From Phoronis australis (taxonomy: Eukaryota; Animalia; Phoronida): a stretch of 64,000 nt of DNA. Shown here one piece after another: positions 11,752 to 24,056 of this stretch (position 1 is the first letter of the stretch; the number at the start of each line of letters is the position of its first letter). The stretch is from assembly GCA_002633005.1 (NCBI GenBank), contig NMRA01000255.1, positions 379,937 through 443,936 of the forward strand, read 5' to 3'. The translations under genes were made by a program, and so were the position numbers. A model generated the notes under the pieces. That model saw only the letters and a list, made by a program, of their open reading frames with translations, was not told the origin of the DNA and did no database searches.

Positions 11752-13013
11752 TGGACCCTGGTGTTTTCCTCGCTTAATTAAGGTTCAGCGGCATCTGCAC
11801 TTACTTTTAAAATAACTACAACCGACAAAGAGTGCCAACTTTGCAGAAAGTGACACATTTTTCACAACAGTTGCCCTCCAACTTAAGAATGAGTATAACA
11901 CTCAAAATGACACAGGATTTTGACGAAGAATTTAACTCCAACATCACACGAACATACATTTTCATTTCAAGGAAACAACTCCAAACAGTTAATAGCTGCA
12001 TTTCGTCCTGTTAACAGAAAGAGAATCCTATCACGGCAAGGAATATTCCGAGACCGATTTAAGAGACTAAATGCTTATTTCGATTTTCAGCTTTAGCCGG
12101 CTAAACAGAGCGAAATGTAGCTTTTTAAAGCTTTTTTAAAAATCACAAACCACCGCCGTTGTGGGATTACACGAAGGAATTCTTAGATGATAGCTTTGAA
12201 TACAATCAGATGCAGCGTATTCACGTGTTCAAAGTGTTTCACTTTAGTTCTTTTCATTTAATATCAAACTTTCTCAAAATAAACACAAATTAGCACGTAG
12301 TTTTAAGTTCTTCTTTAATTTCTGATAAGGCACAAACAAAATGACAAAGTAGACAGCACAGTTCATGACACCGAATTCCATTTTTATGAGAAAATATGAC
12401 ATTGAAATACAAATTCGTACACTCATGCGCTATTTCACAATACGTTGATATTTTAGTGAAATCGTTTATGAAATTCGTACTCTTAAACGATAAAAAACAT
12501 AAACAGTGTCTTTAACAAAACACAATTTTAGAAATCGACTAACTAACTGACTATTAAGAATGTGCAGTGATATTAATCATAACTATCAATCTTTTAAAAT
12601 TACATTCACCCAGGCGTCGTGTGGCTTTTTTATGAGTAAATCGTCCTTCATGAACCAGGCCACAGTCCAAAACACTTCACAAATAACAGCAATGGTGCGG
12701 AAGACGAATTTACATCGCGTAAGTACACTGCACTGTACGTCCGTCAGTGAGTGCAACAGTGGATGCGCGCATTTAGCCCCATGCGCCTGCATACGAAACC
12801 GTGTTTTAGGCATGCGCCAAATATGCAAAACAGTTTAGTAGAAACAATGATCAAAAAGTGAGTGGGAAAATTATGTATCCAAACTAAAGTGGTCAGATGT
12901 TGACATGTCTGACAAAGAATGAAAAAAACTTCTCGTTTAAAGGATGTGTATGTGAAAGGGAATATGATTTTCCCTGTGGTTGAAGCGTATGCGTTGTAGG
13001 TGAAGTGTATGCG

Positions 13014-13415
13014 TACCGTATAACTCCAGAATTTAGCGCATGCGCCTAATTGAAGAGCTGCATCTAATTGTGGAATTAAGGCGCATGCACCTATATGCGC
13101 GACATTTGGGTAGAAACCAAGTGTTATTTTATCGACGATCATGGCGAAAGGATTTCTTAAAAATAAATCCAGAAGTTTTTAACCTGTAACTCTAACCTCT
13201 TTATTTTACTCAGAGTGTTACTGACGCCACACGCTGAGTGAAATAAAATGGTGAATTTAAAAAATCAAGATGTGCCTATCGGAGTACCGCTTGCGCCCTA
13301 TTCTTGAACTAAGGCACATGCGCCTATGTGCGGAACATTTGAGTTGACAGTCTTGCCGAAAAACCGCATTGCTCCGCATATAGGAGCATGTGCTTAGTTA
13401 CGGGGTTACACAGTA
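13014..13415. mobile_element. Tc1/pogo-like MITE with internal GCGCATGCGCCTA subrepeats
   Basis: TIRs TACCGTATAACTCC and CGGGGTTACACAGTA, TA termini, subrepeats in both orientations. Confidence 0.65.
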
Positions 13416-13625
13416 TACGCTTATTTAAATGTGCGAAACACTTAAACAAACCCAATCTTTCGAAGAAACTCACTCTTTCTAATGAGCTTTAATACGCGTG
13501 TATACGAAATATACTAATAACATATCTGAGACTGTTAACCGTACGACAAAATTTGTGAATATTCTGACTTGGACAACACAAATGAAAATAGGGCTTTCGA
13601 AAGGTCACCAGTGTCGACGACTTCT

Positions 13626-13955
13626 TCAGGTATAATCATGCACGTGATTGTCGTAAGCGTGTGCCTGCAGTTCCTGTATGACCACGTTCGGACCCATGGG
13701 TCGCACTACGCCGGTACCTATGCGCTTTCTTGAACTAAGGGCTTCGTTTTCACGCTTCATTTCTTGTATATCTTGTTTGAGTTCGTTTTGATTTTTCCTA
13801 TGGTAACGATAACAAAGAAACGACGACACCAAGAATGCTATGAAGCCGATAGCAATGAGAGTGTATGGGATCCAAAGTAGGTGGCTGCCAGTATCTCCAT
13901 CTGCTGTACCTGCTGTGGTAGTCTCTAAATAATTTGTTACGGTCGTTGAAGCCAT
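13626..13955 (-). CDS. Small single-pass membrane protein (109 aa), no signal peptide
   Basis: Thr-rich N-terminus, hydrophobic LLWIPYTLIAIGFIAFLVSSFLCY, basic stop-transfer RYHRK, short coiled coil, C-terminal AYDN; good ATG context AGGATGG; splice acceptor TTTTTCCAG near 14018. Confidence 0.75.
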   Translation of the reverse strand: MASTTVTNYLETTTAGTADGDTGSHLLWIPYTLIAIGFIAFLVSSFLCYRYHRKNQNELKQDIQEMKRENEALSSRKRIGTGVVRPMGPNVVIQELQAHAYDNHVHDYT

Positions 13956-15174
13956 CCTAACTACGTGCTCTAATACTCGTTGAGGTCAGTCTCGGTGCGC
14001 TGTAGTCATGCCTGCCCTGGAAAAATGTAAATTCAAAAACCACGACAAATTTACTGTATGCCATTATCATTCTGAAATAACGGCACCACTAAAGGCATGG
14101 ACCTTTTTACCTTTTTACGGTTGCGGAAAATACATATTCTTCGCCATTTGTTAGCCGAAAATGTAAGCTTACGTTGTTTGTAGTCATTGGTTGCTTACAG
14201 GGGTTCCTGGATTTTAAGAACCATTTTGATGCCTGTTATGCATTAAAGAAAACTGGTTCTCAAAATTTAGGTCTGATGTAAGTGACTATTATCGTCCCAC
14301 AATCCATTGAAGGCATTCCACAAATCCCTTACTGCAAAAATATCAGGTGCGTTAATTTATAATTTTGGCAAAACCTTCATGCAGCGGGAAAATCGGTTGC
14401 GAGGAAAAGCGTAATGTTTTATTTCAGTTGCATCAGACCTGCACTGAGGGTTGAAAACGTGGTGGAGACGCTTGAAAGGAACAGTGTCGGGAGAGTACAG
14501 CCTGTTCCAACCGGCCTCCAGCGCAGAGTGGGTTTTGTGGAAATTTTAGTCACGTGAGTTGACTAGACTGATAGGTACCGTTACCATATATCTTCAATAA
14601 TACTTTGGTTTACCGCCGAGAACAATGTGAAGGAGCATTTCATTACTATAGCAAGTAACGAATACCCAAAACGTCGTTTGTTATTTCATTGTTACTCACG
14701 CCAAGACTTCTCTAAAATATTGGTAACACTGAACAGTTAGGCAGCAGCCACAGGTATTTTGTAGGGTCTAGAATTTAAATAGAGGGTGTGTACATCAGGT
14801 TTTGAGCAATGCGTTGATAATAATTTCACAGAAACTGGAGTACTTGTGCTTTTGAGGAGAAAAGCAAAGTTTTGTAGTCGTGACTACTTTTGATGCAAAA
14901 TGGTGGCTGCACTTTGCTTTCAACCTCTGTCGCATGCTCTTTGAGAAACCGGGTGCGATTTCAGATGGCTGTCAAGCAGTTCAAAATTGCCAAGCGAGCA
15001 GCTGGTAAAGGGCATACTATGATCACATTTTTAGAGTCTAGAGAAAACGAGCATTATGAATCTGTAGTCAAAATTTTTCTAGCACCTTAACATATTTTTG
15101 AAACGCTATGAAGGTAAATTTCTTGCACATTGTGCTAACCCCGGAGCCATAGATGTAAATGACAGCGTACTCAC

Positions 15175-15277
15175 GAGAGAGAGGCCAAACGAAACACTTA
15201 ACACTGGCCCACCTCTGGAAATTAAAACAAACTTTCAAATGCAGTCAAATTGCGTGGAAGGAGTTTTCCCTTTATAA
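15175..15277 (-). promoter_or_regulatory. Putative TATA box and non-coding first exon of the small membrane protein gene
   Basis: Minus-strand TATAAAGGG near 15268-15276 followed about 100 nt later by donor GTGAGTA near 15174. Confidence 0.45.
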
Positions 15278-16568
15278 TTTGTGCTATAGCTTACCGGAAC
15301 ACCTAATCTTGTTGTCGAAATAATGCGATTCGAAACAGCGTGCACTGCTACCACTGTGTCTGTTTAAATCCATCAGACACCCGCAAGAATGAAGCTTGGC
15401 GTGTCAGTGAACTAGCCTGATGTATGAATGATCTTAGAAGATTAGCATCGTTGATACACAGCTGTGTGCGACACTTTCCCAGGGCCCGTTTTGATAATGC
15501 AACTCCACGCGGCAAAAGTTTGAGTGCAATGTGAACGAAACACACCGTGGAGAATCTACTGCTGCACAGTAGTAGCCTACACTTGCAAATCATGAACGGG
15601 TCAATACACCAGCAGACCCACAAAAACGTAACAACGTGGTGTTCATACTTACTGGCAAAAATGAAACATAGAAAAAAATCTACCAAAATCTGAAACGGGT
15701 TACAACAAAATCATCTTCAACATATGACCGACGTGGACATCTTGAAATCACTTGAACAGCTAGAACCGCTTCAATAATTATTATAGAGACATACATGTAG
15801 TTTTTGGGACTAGTCTCTGGTTTTAAAGGGAGAGCGCGCAGCCCACTGATATCGATAGAATTCAGATCTGACATGAGTTCAAAGTGGCGACAAAAATAAG
15901 AAAAAATCAATTGCATTGGTCAAATTCCTATGTCGAAAGGAAATGATGCATGAGCATTATAGATGGAATACTGTTCTGCATATCATTTGTATTACCTGAT
16001 GCCAACAGAACAATGTGTCTAATGACAGATAATTATCGGCTGGATCTCAATCGATGTAAATAACGCCACCTGGTGTCAGATGCTCCTTCGACATCGATAA
16101 GTTTAGGTATTTGCAAATTCTTTTTTATAAATTTGTTACATAAACGTAGCCGAGTACTGTTTGAAATGCGGTTTGTGACAAATTAACAGTTGGTCATTTA
16201 TAAAAAATTAAAAACATGTGAGACTTCATTTTTTTGTCAAAAATATTGGTTGTGGCCAACGCGGCTGCACAGCAGGCGACAGTGAAAAGTTCATTAGTGC
16301 ATACTACACGTGGCCGTTTTGGTAATTTGCCTTTTTGTACTAGAATACTCATTTGATTATCTCATTCCAGTAATCTTCTCTGTCATCATGTTCCTTTGAG
16401 ACTTTATATATCGAATTGTGCGACACTTGGCATGTTTCACCTGCAAATATACATGCAAACTCATGTTCTTTGCAGGTGCATCGGGGCGTGCCACGGACCA
16501 CGATGCAGTTGCAGGGCATCATCTTCATGGCGAACAGGATGGGCATCGAATAAACTGGTAGTACACCA

Positions 16569-16720
16569 GGCGTGCGTTCAGTAACGCTAGGACCTACGCT
16601 AGGACCTAGCTAAAATCTAGTCAATGTCACGTGTTCTCACTTAAAATATACGGTCATATCTCACGTAATCTCACGAAGTCTTGCTTTTTAGCGAGGTCCT
16701 AGCATTACTGAACGGGAGGC
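16569..16720. mobile_element. ~150-bp MITE, intact copy (PIF/Harbinger-like GGC terminus)
   Basis: TIRs GGCGTGCGTTCAGTAACGCTAGGACCT and AGGTCCTAGCATTACTGAACGGGAGGC; three copies in the window. Confidence 0.75.
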
Positions 16721-19700
16721 AGGAGACAATGAAACTTGATAACAGACTCCGTTGGTGGGAGACGCTAAGGTGCAAAAAGTTTGGTGAATATGTCTATAAC
16801 CTATGCCTAGCACAACGGATTCACTGTTCCGACCAAAAAAAAAAAACAAGTATCGCTTTCACGGCAAAGTTCTCGTTTTCATAATCCACACACTTTGGAT
16901 TGATGTTTCTGCTCACAACTGGATGATTTCATTCTCTTTCACAAGTTTCAAAACGCAAATGCGTTTTTGGAAACTGACTGCTCTTGATTGCTGTCTCTCG
17001 GACGCCCAGTTTTCTCCCTTTATTGATCCAGACCTTCTTGGAGGTGCAACAGTACATCACACGTAAAGTGTGAAGATCAGTGTCTTACATTGATGGTGAT
17101 GTATGCAATCAGCAACACGAAGATATCAATCACAATACATGATTCGTCTTTTCACTGTGGCGGACCTAAATTATCGCACAGATTTTCACAACATTCTGAC
17201 GTCGCCAGCCTACACGTAACTGTAGTCGAAGCCTCAAATGCGTCACCATTGTTCCAGAGACAAAACAGTTAGTTTTCTTGTTGAGAGGCCCGTTCTGAGA
17301 TGATTGATTTGGTTCCCGTGGCATTCACCCATCCCTTGAGTTTCATGTCAAATCCCGTTCAAATAGCAATTTCATTGATAAAAGTGGGTTGCTCACTCTC
17401 TAAATCTATGGTTTAGAATAAAAAACATGTCTCTGTGACAATTTTGAAATAAGTTGTAGCTTTTTATAGATTTTTAAGACATCTTGGCGGTCATCTCAAA
17501 AATGATGTAATTTTATTCCATTTACAGTGGTCAGATTTTGGCACGACATTTTTCTCAAAAGAAATATTTTGGTTTTAATTCTTTGGGATAAAGAATCTAC
17601 ATTCTTACCATTATAAAGCAATCAAGAATATTTTCTAATTCACAAATAGTGGTCTTTACTTTCTTCAAATTTCCATCCTGTTGAATATCGTCTCACAGTT
17701 TAGGTTGATTGGGGTGCATGCTTCGATGCTCCTGCAGTTCATATGAGCATATGTGGATTTCTCGACCAAGTTGAAATTTTATCCATTTCTCTGATTTACT
17801 GGGGGCAAAAGGACAACTGCCCCGGGCCGCCTCTTCGAGAGAGGATCCCGTCTGAAAGGAGGCCCCGTAATATGAAAGACGATATAATTAAACACGGAAA
17901 AAATGACATCTAATTCCTCATTTGCTGACCCTCCAAGAAATTATCTTCCTTAACACAGTAGCTTGCCAGTGCACGATTTTACAAAAGTAGACAAAGAGAG
18001 GCAACTGATTCCGCCATTGGGGCCTCCTCCGTGGGCGACACCTTAAGAAGAAAGGACCAAAATACAAATTAGGAAAAGTATGGCCATGTATGCCATCAAC
18101 AGGTCCCCTCCAATTGCTAGGGCCTCTTAATATGAAAGGGTATATTTCAAAAAAACAGGAAACCATGAGCAATTAATGCTATCATCATGGCACCTGTCCG
18201 TCAAGTTCCCAGTGATATGAATTTTCAAAAAGATGCAAAGAGAGAGACAGACGAGGCCATTGATGGGACCCTGTAGAAATACAACTTTAGCATCCCCTAA
18301 AAACTATCTTCTTGAATTTAAAAATTTGGATCCACTTAATCTGGACAATCTGTGCATAACAAATTGTGTCAGACTTTTTCGAATTATGTGCCTTTAAGAG
18401 CACGTATTCAAGTGCGATTACGCTTACGATCTATATCGCAAAAACTGGGGGCACCTAACAAAAAATGTCCTGGCCTGGGCCCCCGACGGATTAATCCAGC
18501 ACATGTAGTTGAGAAATATTCTCTTAAATTTCCTCTCTTCAACATGTTTCGCTATGTATTTCTCTATTTCGACTGCCCTGGCCCTACACCTATGCCGGTA
18601 GTCACGGTCCCACTGTCACTCACACCTGCAAATTATTGGGGAGGTAGGACGAGCTGGAGGTCCCTTAAGTCATTACCGACATCACTCCAACCTGTGCTGA
18701 ATCAGGTAGTCTAAAAGCACTCGCCCCGCTCAGTCACCAAGTTCACCCCTCTACTGAAGAAGCTGCTGCGTTGTTTCTCCTCAAACATTTATCTTGGTGG
18801 CCTTGCATATCCCTTATAGAAAAAAATCTCCGCTATAAATTGTTAGAGGGACTGAACATTGGGGGCAAAACTTCCTAATTAAGCATGGACTGGGCGATGC
18901 ACCAAGCAGCAAGTGTCGTGGAATGATGAAATGGCACGCAGCTAACGTAGACAATTATAAATACACAGTTTCACCGTTTTTACCTGAAATAGGATGGTTT
19001 ACGGCTGACTAGCTCTGACTTATCTCTCATATGACGAACTCTTCTTTAACACGGCTTCGTTAAGAAGGCACGTTGATGATTCTATAAACACATGCACAGA
19101 TACCGTATCCAATGAATTGCCTGGGGTTGAATAATTAATGAACGCAATCCATGGATTTTATTGGATAATCACCTAGTTTGTGACAGCCGGATTTTCTCAC
19201 ATTACCTGTACCCAGTTAATGTCGATCCCGTAGCAAAACAGCTCAAGTGCCCACGACATAATTTGGACGCACGTCGTAGAAACGATTCATTCAACCCGCA
19301 TGTAATTTTAAGATATAACACAGAAAAAGGGTGTGTCGAAATCACCATCACCGACCCTGTACTGACTGCTATCGTTTTACATCATGGCACGAATATAATT
19401 GGGTAAGATGTATTATGCGTATACATTACCTGTTAATTTCTCACCAGCCTTTTGTTTTTTCTGGATCGAAAATTTCAACTAAAAGTGCTATAACCTGTTA
19501 CTTAGCTGCGTACACTCAGCGAAGTCTGCCAGTTTGTTGATCAGATCAGCACTCAAATGCCTGACTTTTTCGTTCTTTACAACACATTAGTGAAGGGGTT
19601 TTAGCCTTTTCAGCTTAGAACTAGACAATGTGAAATTGAATGGATGCTTAAATCGACCAACGCTTGACACTTGATTTCTTTTACCGTTTTGCTGCTGCGT

Positions 19701-20011
19701 CGCTATGGATTAATCGAATGTCTCGATCCAGTCTATTGTTCCATTGTTGCACATGCTACTGCTTGTATTGCAGTCGCTGTAATACTATTCACGTGATTTA
19801 TAATAGTTCCTATAAAACAAACAAGCGGCCTTCAGTTGGGGTAATTGGCAAATAAAAGCCCCGCCAACAAAGTAAAGGAAGTAAGAGACATTTCCGCTGC
19901 CTGGTTCAGAATCCTTATTCACAAATCTCGGTGTGGACGCGAAAACCTCGCAAAAATGCAAGATAGCGCAAAATTGCGATGGACTTGATTACATAGCTAT
20001 TTTTCCAAACA

Positions 20012-20265
20012 CATGCGCTCACCTAGCGAGGGGGGGGGGGTTTCGAACGAGCATCCCCCATTTGACAAAGTGGGCCAAAAGGCCCACCTGAGAGAAACAA
20101 AACTCCGAAAAAAAGTTGAAAACGAGACAAAAGTTCACTAAGAAGGCAGGAACTACCAAAATTCAATGCAGACGTTCATAGCCCTTAAAGTACCCCCTGA
20201 ATCTTAGTAAAAGGTCCACATTCTAAAAATTCGAGCCTCCATTTTCTAGGATGGGTGCGCGCATG
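20012..20265. mobile_element. MITE with CATGCGC termini and a 5-bp target-site duplication AAACA
   Basis: CATGCGCTCACC...GGGTGCGCGCATG flanked by AAACA on both sides; related copies at 28058-28315 and a fragment near 41621-41670. Confidence 0.6.
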
Positions 20266-20648
20266 AAACACTACAATGACCATAGATCGAATCCTGCAAG
20301 TTGACCCCAAAGCACCCGGGTTAGAGTATATTAAACCCAACAGCAGGATTTCGTCAAACGGCGGACAGAAATTAGAGATTGTGCTACACTACGGCTACAC
20401 TCCAACCCCACTAAATCAATCTTACAAGGTGCTTGTTTAATTGTAGTTCGCCGGTCGTAGCTAAGACGGTCGTCAGTCCCGTTCACTGACGGTAGGTTTC
20501 TAACGTCGTTAGTGCTAATAAAAAGAACAAAACGTGATTGCAAATACTTTAATTAGTCGTAAGTTCGACGACCGTTTACCTGAACAACCACGTTCATGAA
20601 CCATGCAGTGATTCAGAACTTTTAGTTCATGTCATTGAACACTTAAAA

Positions 20649-21655
20649 CAGTGGCGGATCTAGGATATCACAAGGGGGGCCAACATTTTCTCCGGCTGTA
20701 AGCATTTGCGCAAACTGAACCACGATTAGATGCGCATAGCACCGAATGGGGGGAAGTCGGGAGGGGGGCAAACCCCCCCTCCCGCTCAGGAAATTTTTCT
20801 GTTTTACCTCTAAAAATCAAGCATTTTTCTTGATTCCTGAAGTATTATCCAAGAAAAAAAGAANNNNNNNNNNNNAAAAAAAAAAAAAAAAAAAACACGG
20901 AGAACGTGTCAAATAGTAAAATCTGAGTGTATCATAGATTCGAACTCACGACCTGGCGCATAGAGAGCGCGTGCTTTACCACTACACCACCACGACTGAA
21001 CTACTAATGCCATACTAAAAGACCTACTTGTTTATGGTCCACAGCGTTTGCGCGCGAAACCTACTTCTTTTCGTAATGCTATACGTTTTATATTTTGTGT
21101 CATCAATTCTTAACAAATTTTTCGTATTTAAAATAGTCTTCAAATGCCCAAAAGACCAAATCCGTTTTTCGTGTTGGCGATAATGACGGTATTGCTTTGG
21201 AAATCGTCTTAAGATAAGGTTTGACAAAGAGAGTATTGCGAGTTTCTGAGTGATTTACTAAGGCTTCGATTGAAATTCACATCTTACCAGCAGCTTCTGT
21301 TTTTTCATCGTCACTCAGGTTCCATTCTCTTTAAAAAATGAAGTAAATTTTCTTCATTGCACAGTGGAGCAGACGACGAAAACGGAGTCGTAGTGCGCAG
21401 CGCCACTGCCGGTCGCCTGGGATATCGCGGGAGAGCCTATACTTAGCCATAGTTNNNNNNNNNNNNNNNNNNNNNNNNNNNNNNNNNNNNNNNNNNNNNN
21501 NNNNNNNNNNNNNNNNNNNNNNNNNNNNNNNNNNNNNNNNNNNNNNNNNNNNNNNNNNNNNNNNNNNNNNNNNNNNNNNNNNNNNNNNNNNNNNNNNNNN
21601 NNNNNNNNNNNNNNNNCCGGGCCCCCTGGGCCCCCCCCCCCTAAATCCGCCTATG
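20649..21655. mobile_element. ~1-kb non-autonomous DNA element (CAGTGGCGGATCTAG...TAAATCCGCCTATG), contains two assembly gaps
   Basis: Homologous to 39542-40479 and 59416-60090; flanked by a 5-bp TSD TAAAA. Confidence 0.75.
20927..20998 (-). pseudogene. tRNA-like (pol III A/B box) sequence inside the element; not a functional tRNA
   Basis: GGTGTAGTGGTAAAGCAC-GCGC-TCTCTAT-GCGC-CAGGTCGTGAGTTCGAATC; D and anticodon arms pair, T and acceptor stems do not. Confidence 0.6.
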
Positions 21656-22020
21656 TAAAATACTACGTCGCAGACTAAGCAAGGAATAGCGACATCTGAC
21701 GTCCGGGCGGCATGAGTGAAAAGTGACATACCACGGCCAACTTGGTCAATATTATCATACATCGGAAGTTATTGTAGCGCGTTTTATGCAATCAAAAAAC
21801 AGAGATATTGGTTGTGCATTTAATTGTCGAGTGTGAGTTCGGAAATTAGCGGTGATTAGATCCTGAACCCGGAAATATTTATGTTTGTAAAGTTAAGATG
21901 CAAGTTTGTTAGTTAGTTAAGGCTTAGTAGCCTCGTTCCAGCTTCCACTGAGGGCACAGTCGGCTCGACAATGTAGTCAAGTTCCTAACTGTAATACAGT
22001 ATATTGACTTCCATATTTGC

Positions 22021-22110
22021 AAAGTTACGTGAATTGACTCGCATAATTGGTGTTGTTACTTTTGGAAAGTTACGTGAATTGACTGGCTTGATTGGTGTTG
22101 TTACTTTTGG
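22021..22110. repeat. Tandem 2 x 45-bp direct repeat
   Basis: AAAGTTACGTGAATTGACT...ATTGGTGTTGTTACTTTTGG occurs twice. Confidence 0.8.
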
Positions 22111-22429
22111 ATTTAAAAAGGCTGTAGAGTCTGATACATAAACACCGTTTGTTATTTTTTACTAGTATGTATATAAAGAATTAATCTATGTATCCTATAA
22201 GGATTACAATACGAAGACAGGGGTAGGATAAAGCATGTATCAGTGCCGTGCATTTGTTGTGAACTAACACCAGCGCAGTACGCACGGAGAGTGAAATTAC
22301 AAAATGTTGCCTTTACTGAACGAAATCAACACGGAAACTAAACGTAATAGCCTACTTGTCGACCCAATACAGTAAGCCTTGCAATGCTTAGCAGTTCAAT
22401 TTCTTTTCGTTAAAATCCATTAAATGTTA

Positions 22430-23590
22430 CCTGGAGAACAAAAATAGCGTGGTTGAACATTTTGCAAGTTCGAGAATTTTCTCAATACAAGATGGCGGAT
22501 GCCACTATTTTGAATTTCGGCCCATCTTCTAACTTTTAAATAGATGACTTACAGGTCATGCAAAACGTCGTTTACACCATTTTCTGGGATACGGCTTTAT
22601 TTCTGTTGTTATTATGTTAAAGCATTGCCATTCTCAAAGTTAAACCAGAGTTTAAGTGTCAAAACTGCCTAATATAATGTCCTTCTGGTATTTAGTTTTC
22701 CTCTCATTCACCTTTCGTTTTCCTAAGCACTTCAAGATATTCTCTTAAAACGCTGATAATGGGAGATTATTTTATGCCAAACGTCTTAAGTTTGCTCATG
22801 AGTTTCCAGGTATGTATATCGTTACCATGCTCATCAGTTCAGCATAGTCAACGGAAAGGCGTTGTCCTATTCTCTGTGGGCGCAGTCTCACAGCAGCCGT
22901 GTTCCTACTGAATTTCTACCCTTATTGGACCAAGACTTGTGAAAAGCTGGTGGAAGAAGGAAGCTGAATAAGAACGACTGGGAAAAGGTCGCGGAGGAGC
23001 TACAGAAGCACAGACATCCCATCACAAACCAGCAGTCATGTCTCCGTAACGTTTGAATGACCAAGTAGTTACTGACATCGTGATTGCTCAGAACGAACTG
23101 GTCTTTGGCAGTGAACTACAGGGCATTTGTTTGCATGCCTCGGCACGCCACTGCCTCCCCCCATTCTACGGCTTCAAAGAAAATCATTTTGTTTGAAATA
23201 TACGACTACAAAACTCCCTACCCAAAGAATCATTGGAGGACAAGACGAGAACCAGCTAAGCAAGGCTAACCCCAAACACCTCTTCTTTGCCGAGGAACTA
23301 CTCCAACAACGCTCTGTTCACGAACATTGTACGTATATGCAGCTATTGCCTTCCACACAACATGGAGCTGGTCAATAAGAGCTTAATTAGTTACCTATGT
23401 TGAAGCTAACGTCAGACTTCATAGGTGCATGTTGAAAGCGATGGAAGAGGGCACCAACAGCATCAGAATCTCAGTTCAATGACAACACTGACGTCTTCAG
23501 GCTCTTGGTTTATTGGACATTAAGGATGATATTTGATGCCAAGATTCATGTGCAGAAGTGGAACGGTAATATTTCGGACATAATTAACGA
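22430..23590 (+). mobile_element. Decayed DNA transposon with XPG/PIN-like transposase remnants (Academ-like)
   Basis: Frameshifted pieces DWEKVAEELQKHRHP, VEANVRLHRCMLKAMEEGTNSIRI and DNTDVFRLLVYW..KIHVQKWNG match the EAD..DTDV nuclease pattern; subterminal motif CAAGATGGCGG..TTTTGAATTTCGGCCC near 22490-22523. Confidence 0.6.
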
Positions 23591-24025
23591 GAACAGTCTA
23601 GAAATTAGAACCCAGAACATAGCCAAGTTTCTCCTGAGGCCAAGAGAACTGGTTTGGCTTACGCAATCAATTTTTGTCTGGATCACGGTTTTATGCTTAA
23701 TTTAATTACCCACAGTAAACATTTGGAGTGTAAAGTTTCTCCAGCAAGCAGTTTACAAGAAGAACGCATTGGAATTACTTTCCAATGAATGAACTAATCA
23801 ACAACGTGGCATTTGTAGGTAATTTGAAACATAGCTATACTTTAAAATTTTCGCAACTAGGAATATAATCATTTAGACTTTAAGTAATTCAAGTACAGTA
23901 ATTAAGAACATGTTTTCAGAATAGTGTATTTTTATTGAAAATCATCCCTGCGGCTAACAACAGTCACGTACTACATATTGAAAAAAGGACAATCGCAGCA
24001 ACAAATAAAAAGTTCATATTGATTC

Positions 24026-24056
24026 GACGTTTCGTCTGTTCATTAGACATCATCAG
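24026..24056 (-). ncRNA. Minimal Penelope-type hammerhead ribozyme motif
   Basis: Minus strand CUGAUGA-U-GUCU-aaugaac-AGAC-GAAA-CGUC: both core boxes, paired stem II and palindromic ACGU stem III; stem I weak. Confidence 0.55.

Noticed and set aside
16476-17035. Splicing 16557 to 17032 would create an in-frame TGA, suggesting selenocysteine
   Set aside because: Weak donor (GTAGTA), no SECIS seen and no selenoprotein motif
20927-20998. Functional tRNA-Arg(TCT)
   Set aside because: Acceptor and T stems do not pair, and it lies within a repeat with more decayed copies
21454-21616. ORF 21331-21762 spanning Ns
   Set aside because: Artefact of an assembly gap inside a repeat
22021-22110. CRISPR-like direct repeats
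   Set aside because: Only two adjacent copies with no spacer, in eukaryotic DNA
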